Assembly (NCBI GenBank): GCA_965153285.1 | Contig: OZ229113.1 | Length of the DNA: 64,000 bases | Origin: Podarcis tiliguerta | Taxonomy: Eukaryota | Reading direction: 5' to 3' (one strand) | In this document: positions 9,481 to 21,002 of the stretch, in pieces | Numbering within the stretch: position 1 is the stretch's first letter | Layout of the letters: the number at the start of each line of letters is the position of its first letter | Notes under the pieces: generated by a model | Database searches by the model: none | Told to the model about the DNA's origin: nothing | Seen by the model: the letters and a program-made list of their open reading frames with translations, nothing else | Position numbers and translations under genes: made by a program

Positions 9481-11899
9481 AGTACAGTACAACATAGCAA
9501 CACATGTTGTGTGTACTTAGCCTCCGTCTATACAAGGCAGAAGTGTCACTAGCCAGTAGCACTGCTGATACAGGGATAGGAGTTCAACTTTCCTTAAAAA
9601 CTAGGCATCCACTTTGGGAGTGCACTTGAACCTGACTTTGGTCTTGAACAGTTCAGATTGCAGACCTAACTGACCTGGAAGATCCATTTGGCTCCCATCC
9701 TGACATATTGCACCTGACAACTTTATTTAAACCAGCCAATAGCCTGGCTGTCCTCTGAGTTGTTGTCCCCTTGTCTCTTCTCTTTTTGGAAGCATGGCTG
9801 CTTGCTTCAGAATCATCTGCGATTTCTTTTATCTTCTTTGTTCATCTGTTGCTTTGGTCTGAACCCACAAGAAAGAGACAAAAGACTGGGGCATAAATAC
9901 TGTTTCAAAAAGTTAAACTGATGCAGAAAAACGCCAAGCCATGCACGACTTGGTTTTCTGTGTACCTGCAGCTCCCATTTCTGTCAGTAGGCATTTGAAA
10001 GGCTTGGCATTCTTAAAAGCCAAGTCGCTTATCTTTTGTATTGTCCAAGGTGGAAGAAGTCAAAATGTCATTAATAATGACTATAATGTAGAAACACTGG
10101 TTAGTTTGGAAAGGAGAAGAGTAGTTTCCATCAACTAGAACACGATGTGCTGATCTGCTGAGGAGGAAAGCTGCTTCTAATGAGCACTTTGCCCTGAAGA
10201 TCTTTCTTCATGCTTAAATTACTGGGTGATTTAATGTCTCACCTAAAGCTATAGAACCATTTTTTACACTCTGGAAACTTACCCTGTCTTAAGGTTGAAT
10301 AAGCAGGCCTTATTCACACAGGGATAAGAGAAGGTATAGGAAGGGCATGTTAATATTTGAACAATTACTCTCTGTGCAGAAGGTGCAAAGGGAGGCGTGT
10401 ACTTCCAGCTTGGCTTAATGAGAGGCTATTACATTTCTTGAAAACAAGGGGGAGGATGAAAATAGCCTAGTGTTCAACAAATGAATGCCAAAATGAGGGA
10501 GAGGTAGACTACCACTGCAATCCTATGTGTGTCTAGGAGTTCGATGCAATTTACTCCCATGTAAGTGTGGGACTGCAGCCTAAATAAGACTAGAGAGAAA
10601 GGTTAATCCTCCCATTGATTTTCTGACCAGATCTGTACAATATGTTATTAAAGTTGTATTTTTCAAAATTACTGCAAAATAGCTCTGCTTCATTTATAAT
10701 AGATGTTTCTAATAGCTATGGCTAAAAAACAGAGGGAAGTTCTACAGTAGTTACCTGATGACCACAACAAATGGATTACATACAATGGTGGAAAAAGGTA
10801 GACAATTACATAATAATGTAAAACATGGAAGGATTCTAGAAAATATTTAACCTGCATTCACAGTTCTTGTGCAATTTAATACCCACCTACCCCCAAAAAA
10901 CCCAGCCCAGACTATTGGCATTGATTAGTTATGAGGCTTTCTATAGTTCATATTATGGAATACTACATCATAAATGTTCTCATCTTCATCATAATCAAAA
11001 CAGAAAATTATCAGTTCTTTAAAGTAGTGTACAAACTTAGGCAGTCCCTGCAAGCCAACAGATGTTGAGTGTTATTTTTCGATAAGCAAGTGAAAGTGAA
11101 ATAATAATGGTGTTTAAGCTAAAAATGGTGAGCAGAGGATAAATAAGGCCTTGGCCAGCACAAGAATATTTTGTAAAAAGTTTGACCTAGATGTACACAG
11201 TATACAGTCACACCATGCAAGTTTCGCTAAACTTAATACTGCTGATTTATGTTTATAGAGAAATTAACCAATTCAGACACTCGTTTTTTAATCCTGAGGT
11301 ATTCATGTTTTGCTTTCGAAAGCATAATGTAACACCTAAGAGGAAGCAAAGCATATACATAATCAGTATTTATTATCACATTAAAGATTAATGATTCAGG
11401 ACTAGAAATACATCCCATGAATAGCAGTTCAAAAAATCTGAAGCTTCTGAAGTTATCTCATTCAAAGAGGTAGTTATCCAAATTTAATAGCTTACAAATT
11501 CAGCTCATGGAACAACTACATTTCATCAAGGAAGGGTCTCTATCTCTCAAAGGGCAACAGGTGGTCATTAACCATTCCTGCACCCCAAATTAATTAGCCA
11601 AATTCTCTATTGGCACAGGACAATTTCCCTCAGTGACAAAAAGGAAAAAGCACGCAATAACATTTCATTAAAAACGGCCTCTGGAAACAATTTCTGTCTA
11701 GCATCTGTTCTTCTGCATATGCATGGCATGTAGCGTGACATGCCCTAATTATGAAGTGAGTTGTCACTCTGTTGCCAGGAAGGAGCACTATTCCCAGTGT
11801 CCTGCATGGGATAAGTCCATCGTGAAACTTAGTTTGAAGTAGTGTGTCTGTATTGCAGTTCTGACTTCTGTTGAGAAAGTCAAATGAAAGTTGTTAAAT

Positions 11900-12050
11900 C
11901 AGGGGTCACTAACCTATGGCCCAGGGGCCGGATAAGGCCCAAGCGACTTGTTTATCTGGCCGGTGGCAACCCTTGCCGCTGCCCGCTCTTACCGGTGAGG
12001 TGCGGGGACCCACTTCTGGGTTGGAAGGAGCACCGGAAATAGTTTGTGTG
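11900..12050. mobile_element. hAT-like MITE fragment
   Basis: Starts caggggtcactaacctatggccc...ggcc, the same type of end as 43379. Confidence 0.5.
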
Positions 12051-13394
12051 CATGTCTGTAATAAGAACCAGAGTTCTGTTACTATTTCTATATATTTTGG
12101 GGAGGGCAGGGGTAAAAAGAAGGAGAGAAAAGCACATGGATATCAGTCACTTCCATTGCTTTATCAGTGCCTTGGTATTCTTCTAAATGTAAAACAATGC
12201 TGTCACTTTGGCCGATATATGTCTTCAGGTAACAGGGTTTATGGGCTAACTTGTATTTTAGTTTTGGACAGAGAGTACAGTTTTTGAAGCATCTAGGACA
12301 TCAATAAAATGGTTTTTAATACCCTCCCAGCATTCTAGAGACAACTCTCAGACATGAGGATATGTTATACCTGCAGGGGATGGTATCTCTAAAGAATATG
12401 TCAAAGATTAGGAGATGCATCATTGACCAGGCAATCAATTTTACACGGAGACTACTCAGCTGTGCAGATGAATAAAACAGAAAGAAAGATCTAAGTATTT
12501 TCTATTATGTGTAAGAGTGGAAAATGATATTTTAAGGTTCTGTAATTTAATCTTGATAGAAAATGAGTTGTTTTTCAGCTGGCTTTAAACATAACTGCTT
12601 GATGAATACTTAGATTATTAGAACAATGTAAAAGATGAAGTTTTAAATCTAGAGGTTAAATTTGAAGGAACAGACTAATTTGTTGCTCTCAGTCTCAGGA
12701 CATTTAAAAAGAATCCATTTAAAACAACGGAGCATGTAATTCCTGTCAAATGGGTGTTTGATGTTATTCTTAAAGCACAAACTTTACAGAATACCTTAAG
12801 GAGACGAGGATTTAGTTGCCTACAGATGGCTAAGAGTAAAATCTAATTTCCGTGCTTATGGAAGCATTTTCAGTACTGATGCTAAAATGATTCAGCCATT
12901 TACAATGGAGGAGTGATAGATACGCTAAGAAAAAAGGAGGACCTCTTCCACTTGAAGCTATTGCCCACAGTTAAAGATTCTGGAGAAAAGGGAAATTGGG
13001 GCTTTTTCATGAATGGTACCAACACTAGGAACAAGCTGAAACTTCTTACTATTTTTCTGTGTTAATTTTTTCCAGCTTTAAAATTCAACCCCCATTTCCA
13101 TTTTCAATACCTTTTCATTTCCGCTATCTCCATCTTCATTCCTATGTGTGAAAAATTTTCAATATGAGGCTCAGCACCCAAAATAGCAATGTGTATGTGC
13201 ATTAGAACATAACTTACAATGTTTCCGGTATGATGCCTTATTGCTTGCATAGTATCACATGGCAGGTTTGCCAGAAGTTATTCCTCAGTCTGAACCAATG
13301 AGAACAGTAGGGTAAAAAAAGAGAGATAAAAAACTATTTGAAACAAAAGAAACCATATTAAAGGGGCAACAACCAACTGTTTTGATTCATGAAC

Positions 13395-13945
13395 ATCCTA
13401 GATGATCAGGATAGTGAAACCATGTCCTGCAGGGAGTGGCTGAAAGAAGTTGGCATGTTTGCCAGGAGAAGTGCAGATGAAGCAGGGACACAATAGCTGC
13501 CTTAAAATATACAATGTCCTGTCGGTCAGTCAACAGCACAGACCCAAGGCTTGTCCACCCTTCCACTTGTCTTATGCCTAGAAAGAATGGGTCTGAGAAG
13601 TTTCCCGCTTGTCTTGTGCTTTCTAGGCATGGGTCCAAGCAATTTTCTGTTTGTCCTGCTACTTCCACTGGGAAAACCCTCAGAGTGACAAGTTCTTTGC
13701 TGCTCCAGAGCATCAGCCTAGAATCAATGGGTGTAAATTTCAGGAAAACATATTTTAGTTAAACTTTATGAGAAACTACTGTTGACAGACTGCTTGGGGA
13801 GCGGGGTAGAAGACTCTCATTTGCTGCAGCGTTTAAGCAGATGCTAGGCAGCTATTGGTAGTTGTCATCCTGTATTGAAGATTCTGCACTGAGCAGGGAA
13901 TTGGAACACATGGCCTGCAAGGTCCCTTCCACCTCTGATTCAATG
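13395..13945 (+). mobile_element. Degraded CR1 LINE 3' end
   Basis: Relic of the 'ERLKELGMFSLEKRRLRGD' coding region and a CR1-like 3' UTR ending aaggtcccttccacctctgattc. Confidence 0.65.
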
Positions 13946-14004
13946 GGTCTTTGGCATCTTCTTGCACAGAATCCTTAAGTCATCTACTTGTGCAGTGGTG
14001 GTAA

Positions 14005-14220
14005 TGATAATAAGCACTTGTACAGCGCTTTCACATGTTCAGCATGTTTCACATAATCTTTACAACAGCCATATAAGATAAATTGGTGTCAGTATCTCCT
14101 ATATTGCGGATGCAGGGCAGAGACTGTGTGAGTGAGATTTGTCTAAGGCCATCTAGTGAATCCATAGCAGATGCAAAATTTCAACTACTGACTTACTGAT
14201 TCATAACTCAGTGTCCTAGC
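14005..14220 (-). mobile_element. MIR/CORE-like ancient SINE relic
   Basis: ctttacaacagcc...ctcctatattgcggatgcaggg...actg...tctaaggcca pattern typical of CORE-SINEs. Confidence 0.45.
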
Positions 14221-17200
14221 TAGTAAAATAACACTTGTGACATTCTTTTTTACACTTTCAACCTGATAGAAGTGAATGAACATTATGGTTCTCTGAGAGC
14301 TCAATTCCTGTGCTTTTTAGATAAGGTATGATGGACTAAGTAGTGGCAGATGACGAACTCAAGGATCTGATTTCTTAGAAAAACAATGGAAACCGTACAG
14401 CTAGGCTCTTGCCTTTGACGAGCCCTTGCCTTTGAAGAGCATTCAGTTGTTAGTAGCAGCTGTCATCATTATCCATTGATAGCAGAAGAAGGATCATCCA
14501 AAAAGAACAACATACACACACAGTCAACTTTTAAAGGGATACTATGTTTCTACAAACAGTCCAAGAAACAAAGAAGAATGTGTGCTAAAGAATCCAAGCC
14601 ATTGGGTAGCCCAGAGGCCCTTGCAACACATCTGAGAAACTTGACTACTGGCTACAGGCACATAGAATCTCTCAGCTATAAGATGGCAACTCTGTCCAAC
14701 ATTCTGCACAGTTTATGGGTCCTTAATCTCACCATAAAGTACTTTGCTACACTAGATCCCTGCTCTCCTTTCTTCAGCATCTTTGGACTTGCTTAATGAT
14801 GGGGAAGTGAAATGGTTTAGATGAGTGAAACTTTAGATGAGTGAAACATCCCTTTTACAGGATATGTACGCATTGCTCATTCTTATTCACCATTATGTAT
14901 TACTTACTACTGTGTATGTCACATTATTTGAATTACATATACATAACTGTTTTAATTTTTGTATTGCATGAATATTATGTTATGTATTTATATTGTTTCT
15001 TACATTTGATACTTTATACTGCTCTGTGGTATTTTGATGAAAGGTGGTAAACATACACAAACACAGTTGTGTGTATATATTAAAGATTCACCTTCTCTTT
15101 ATCTCCGTTTATAACAGTCTTCCCCAATCTGATGCCCTCCAGATGTTTTGGATTATAATTGCCACCGACCCAAGTCTGCATAGCCAATAGTTGTGGAATG
15201 ATGTTGTGTTGCTGCTGTCATGATTATCATCCCAAATGAAGGCTGAGGACATTGGAAAAGTGTTCAGATGTACCCTCCCTTCCGTGACCTAGAAGATAAA
15301 CTTGCTTGTTCTCGCTTCCTTTCCCTGTACTCCTTCCTCATACCATGCACTAAACAACTGGTATAGAAAGATTATCTCTATACTGACATATTCCTACCTG
15401 AGATGTCTAATCACATATCATGTGGTCTAATGGAAAGTTAATACAATTTTCATAAATTTGCAATCACAAAAGTAGTCTCCCATGTTAAGGTATCCATATG
15501 AACAAAACAATATTGAAAATTCCTTGTAACTAGTCATTTGAATCGCCCATACAGACTGAACTAGATCAGCAGTAGTATTATATGAATGCCTGGTGATTTT
15601 AATACACTGGGTCATCCTCTTTATTGATGCACACACTGAACCTGTGCAGGATTTCAAATTGTACTAAGTAACTTGTTCAGGAAATGTAGAAAGCACCACC
15701 CAAGGAAAATAGTCCCTTATTACTTTAATCTTTGCATGTATGCATGATCCAAAGATCCATGTAAATTACTCTTCATTTTCTTAACAACATTAATATTTGT
15801 AATTATTTTATTTCCCGACTTTAGAGCGCTCTCTCTCTGTATATAATATATATATATAAAGGAAGTAATTTGAATGACTGTAATCTGTGTGAAATCACCT
15901 TCATTGCCCCAAGCAACCATTTTGTAATCCATTACACCAGGGGAAAATATCTAATCATAAGTTTCTTCAACTAATTTAGAGGCATTTTGAATTTATTAAA
16001 TATTATTAACTCTGCCAGGGGGAAAAAAGTCTAATGACTGTCTCTTTCCTTCTAGAAGAACTAGTGGGCCATTGCACATGGCCATTGTGCACAATTATGC
16101 AGGACCATAAGAATTAATGGTGATTGCCTCCTGCCTGCAAAAAAAGGATGACCATCTTCTCCATATAACTATTATTGCACATTAGTACATTAGTAAGCTA
16201 GCTATTCTATGCACGCTTCCTTAGGAGTAGGTGCCCTTGTACAAACATGCATAAAAATTGCCTGTAAATCAGTTTTTGGGTTGACTCATGCTTCTCTGAT
16301 ATGATTTTCAATACTGGCCGGGTTCTCTAACTTTCCTCTTAGATTCCTATGGGAAACACAGAGCACTATCCTTTGAGTTACAGGGAAATAGTGCATGGTA
16401 GTTAAAACTAAAAGGCAAACCTGCTTAATCCATAGTTTCTAAAACAATGTAGTAGTATTTATTAAATTTCTATACTGTCCTTCATCTGTATCATAACAAA
16501 CAAAAATAACACCATCCCCCACCTCCAAAAGTGATATATTGCTTAATTAGTCAAAGGCCTGGTGGAAAAACAAGAATATTTTGGCCTGATGGTGAATGAA
16601 ACACCACCCTCCTTTGAAATCTGCACTTTTCTGAATTTTGCAATGTAGTTCTCCAAACAAATGCATAGGTAAAGTGTGCCTAAAAATGAGAATCCCCACA
16701 TGACAGATTTGTTCTTACCTCACTTCTTATTCAGAGATGTTACATTTGCACTTCATGCTGATGTAATTTTCCCAATATTGAAACCAAATGGTTGAAGATG
16801 ATTATGCTGTTCCTTATTTTGTTCCACGTTTGAGGATTTGCATTGAACATCAGGGAGATAAATGTTCATTTCAGATGGCCAGTTTACAAATTTTATTGAG
16901 GTAATAGTTATCAGGCAATAAACACATTGTTTGTTTAGCTTGCATCCATTGATGGTATCTTATTGAAACTGTGCTAAAGTGCGACAACCATTTTACACAG
17001 CCAACTTATCACTGTTGTTGTGTTATTACAAGATAATCATGGTTCCGTGAAGTGATAGAAACTGAGACTAGAGCCAGGAAACTATGGACTTCAATATTTT
17101 TATTTATTTGTTATAATTGTATCCACCCAGCTAAAATTCACATGTGTATTATGAGGAATGCTGCAAATTTGGTTGGCACTAGTTTCAGTCTTTTGAACTG

Positions 17201-17820
17201 GTACTGTTAGTAAAGGTCACTCCATAATATCTAAGGGCTGTAAATAGATTTTAGGGAGCTATTCTTAAATTCAAGAAATGACTTAGCCTGTTCTGTAGAT
17301 TTTTGAAATTAGGTGCCATGTTTATGCTATGATTTGCCAGTGGAGAAATACATGGTAGCAGTTAAAATGCTCTATTGAGTTGGCTTTATCGGTCTTGTTT
17401 TGATCTGTTTATTTCCTCAGTGAAGGTCTCAGTTTTAATGGGGAATGATCTGGATGCATTACCTATTTACTGAGTTTAGTAGAATAGTGAATCTCTGTAT
17501 GCATTGTTTGTTTTTCATATGATTCGGTGGTAGAATTGCAATAGAATTGCTTCAAGGTTTTCAGTATATTGAGGATTTTAGGTGTTATTCATGAAGTATG
17601 TCTTGCATCATGGAAGGCAAGTGAGGGAAAATTGTGGCAATTTGTGACAAAGAAAGGAGGGTACTGTTTAAATACAAAACACAAAACAAACAAACTAAAA
17701 TCTATATTAATTCCACTGTTAATGGAATCGTCATAAAGATAGCAACATGAGGATAGCCACTGGATCAGCCCAGTTTGAATGCCAGGTGAAACAAAGTTTT
17801 GACCAACCAAAAGCTGAGTG

Positions 17821-18067
17821 TTATTTCTCCTTTGGAAGGAGGTTACACCTTGGTTTCCCAGGTGCTCATCCAACACTCCAAACACTATACCACAGTGAAG
17901 GTGAAGGACAGGTAAGAAATACTAGAATGATAACAAATAACTTATTTCTCCTTTGGAAGGAGGTTACACTTTGGTTTCCCAGGTGCTCATCCAACACTCC
18001 AAACACTATACCACAGTGAAGGTGAAGGACAGGTAAGAAATACTAGAATGATAACAAATAACTTATT
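17821..18067 (+). repeat. Tandem duplication, 2 x 121 bp
   Basis: 17821-17941 is repeated at 17942-18062 with one mismatch seen; ttatt microhomology at the end. Confidence 0.95.
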
Positions 18068-19364
18068 CCTTAAAGAAACCCTTTGTGATTATTTTATTAG
18101 GTGGCAAGTTTATGCAGGCTATGTATAACTATTGCCATGTTCCTTAAATAAAACAGTAGCTTATAAAATCCTAGCTATTTTTGTTTGCTTTGTGTAAGGG
18201 ATGGGGAAAGTTTTCACAAACTGAGGGTTTTCCCCCTTCCTTTCAAGAACTATTTTAGCCTTGATTTTTGCCCGAGGAGTTCAAAAATACTAGAAAGACC
18301 TCTTATGTCTGATTTCTCTTTCTAATCTGCAGAAAATGTGAACAGCTCACCACAATCAGACATGAAATGGAGTTGCTAATGCACCCTACCAGGAAGCTCC
18401 ATTCTTTGATCTGCAGGATATGGCACACCAGACAAATAACTGGTATTACCTTCCCAAATGCCAGTTTTGTCTGATAGCCCGACAATTATGGTAGCGGAGT
18501 GTAATAAACTGAGACGTGAAACAAAACTATTTCACATGATTGTCTATATAGTGAAAGGAGGGCTTGCCTGCCCCCCTTCCTGACTCACCTCTTGTGCCTC
18601 TAACAGCTGCATAACAAGCAAAAATTCAGAAACTAATGATTTTCCCAGCATGCAGCAAATGTACAGCATTAGCAGCTGCCCAGGAAGTGTGATGTTGGAG
18701 TGGAGAATGATGCCTCGTAGGATCAACCCTAACCATGTGATAAATAGTCTGTATGTGAAAAGAGGGGCAGGGAAATAAATGAGAAAGGAGGGTGGTGTCT
18801 TGCCAAAGGGAAGGGGTTCTTTTAGCCATAAAAGAAACATGTACTTTAACAGATTTTATTTGTTAGATGAAAATATATAGCATAGATAAGTTGATACAGA
18901 TAAGTTGATATCTTATGGACTTTTGAGTTGCTGGGAAATCTGCTCCTTAGTAACAGTGCCAAACACCTGATAGTCAAGTCAAATTCTCTCACTCTGCCCC
19001 CAGAGGTGCTTTTAGGGTAGGGTGACTGGTTTGGCTGCCCTGGGTGCCACACTGCAGGGGGCACCACAGCAATGCTGTAGAATGGAGCGTGAGAAGCAGG
19101 GGGCACCAAATTTTAGAGTTGCACAGGGTGGCACTGAAATTTGACAGCCCAAAGTCCACTACTGCTGCCAGTTTCTTAAGGTCTGTGTTGGTGTCCCCAC
19201 TAAGGAAGGCCTTATATACATCTTTAGTGTCTTAAATGAAGTCACAAATATCCCCACCTCCATGTTTGCTTACTGCAAAGCCAATGTTTCACTTCAAAGA
19301 TCTGCCTAATAACCAAGGGACATAGTGCAGAAGTGGTGAGCTAACCACATGCACCTAAGATTCC

Positions 19365-20481
19365 CTTTTTTAAAAAAATAATTTTTATTAACAGACCAAT
19401 CAAATCAAATCACATAAATACCGAATTACAGAGCCTAATTTTAAATTTTTGTTGGGGGTACCCATATTTCAAGTTCTGAAAGGGATCCAATCCTCTTGTT
19501 GCTGCTGCTTTAAAAGTCCACAAATCTGTCCAAATAATGTTCACAGTTCTGTCCAATCCTTTCTTGCTGTTTTCCACATCTCTTCTAGTTGTTTTCATAT
19601 ATTTTTCCTTTCTCTTTGTCTTTGTGACCTCTGATAGTCTCCATAAGCGGGTTGCAACAAATTTGTATTCCTGTGTGGATTTTTCCGTTCGTCCAAGGGT
19701 CATATTTCAGACAGCAGCCGTATTTCATTGCTTTCCTAAAGAAAAACATTCTTGCTGTCTACTCCTTAACTTTTCGCAGGTCTGTCCTTCTTTCTCAGTC
19801 CTCGAGGAGGTTCTACCAGAAATCCAATATGAAAACAAAGCTTCCTCCTCCCGATCATGAATCTTTCGACAAGACCTGTCCAAATGGCGACTCCCTTTTT
19901 GTTGCTGCGCAATCAAAGCCCTTGTTCTTTTTCTTGATCTCTCAAACCAAACTTTTGGTAGTAAATCATATCCACACAGTTTTTAATCACCCTGCTTAAG
20001 TTGGTTATGCATGGTTCTTTTTGAGGAGAGGTTATTAATTAATCACCCCATCCAGTCCCGCTCCGGCATACTGAACCTGGTGTATTTTCTTCATGTTGTA
20101 TTCCGTTAAATCCAGCCCGTTGCTCTCGTTTCACAGATGTCACTTCAGTTAGCAGTCTTCACTCCCGTTCTTCACTTGAAATATGTGCATTTGCTTCATT
20201 TTCCAATTATATATTTCGAGCTGATGCAAACTAGTGCGCAATCAGAGACAGCGTCCGGGAGAGCCGGACCCCCCCCCCCGACGGCTTTGTGTCTAGTGCC
20301 ATCACCCCATTCTTTTGAATCCTGGGGTGAATTATGGACACAGCAGGCAAGGCAGCATTCCCCATTCCCTTGGGGCAATGAAGGGAGGCTGCATAATCCC
20401 ATATCAGCCTCTTAATTACCTCGTGTGGGTCGGAGAGATGTTATTGTCAGCCATCTTCCAATGCGCCCCCTGGTGGCCCCC
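19365..20481 (-). mobile_element. 1.1-kb non-LTR retro-insertion (L1-dependent non-autonomous element or retrocopy)
   Basis: 17-bp TSD catgcacctaag(a/g)ttcc at 19348-19364 and 20482-20498; AATAAA plus A-rich tail on the minus strand; G-rich 5' end with AAGATGGC. Confidence 0.75.
20463..20476 (-). promoter_or_regulatory. CTCF core motif
   Basis: Minus strand reads CCACCAGGGGGCGC, matching the canonical CTCF core consensus. Confidence 0.55.
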
Positions 20482-20977
20482 CATGCACCTAAGGTTCCTG
20501 GTAGCTGTCCTATACTATATCTCAATGGCCTTGAAGGAAAGCCCACCACCCCATCACGGTATTCTCTCATGCTATGATCTCACTAGAAGCTCACAACCCT
20601 TTCTCATGACATAATACATTTCTGTACCCAGTTCACTCCTCGAAAGGATGTAGGCTGGTATCTACGTGTACTCTATGCCAGAAGATCTCAACACCGACCA
20701 TCAGAAGGAGAGGCATTGAGAGGAAGTGACTTTGCTAACAAATAAAACATTGCATGCTTGGTTTTTCTTCAATTGCCATCCTGAATCCAAAAGAACCTCT
20801 TGCAGCTTGGCAAAACAGATTGAAGAGGCATACAGACCCTGGTAAGGAAATGGAAGGATCTAAAAATGAGGTTATAAACACCTTTAAGGGGATGGGCCCT
20901 ATGGCACAGAGCCAGTATCTTTATTGAAGAAGTGTGCTGGCCAGAGTGACGAACCACTATCTATGTGGCTTTCTTTC

Positions 20978-21002
20978 TATTTATTTATTTATTTATTTAT
21001 TT
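20978..21002. repeat. (TTTA)n microsatellite, possibly the tail of a degraded retroposon
   Basis: Direct reading. Confidence 0.8.
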
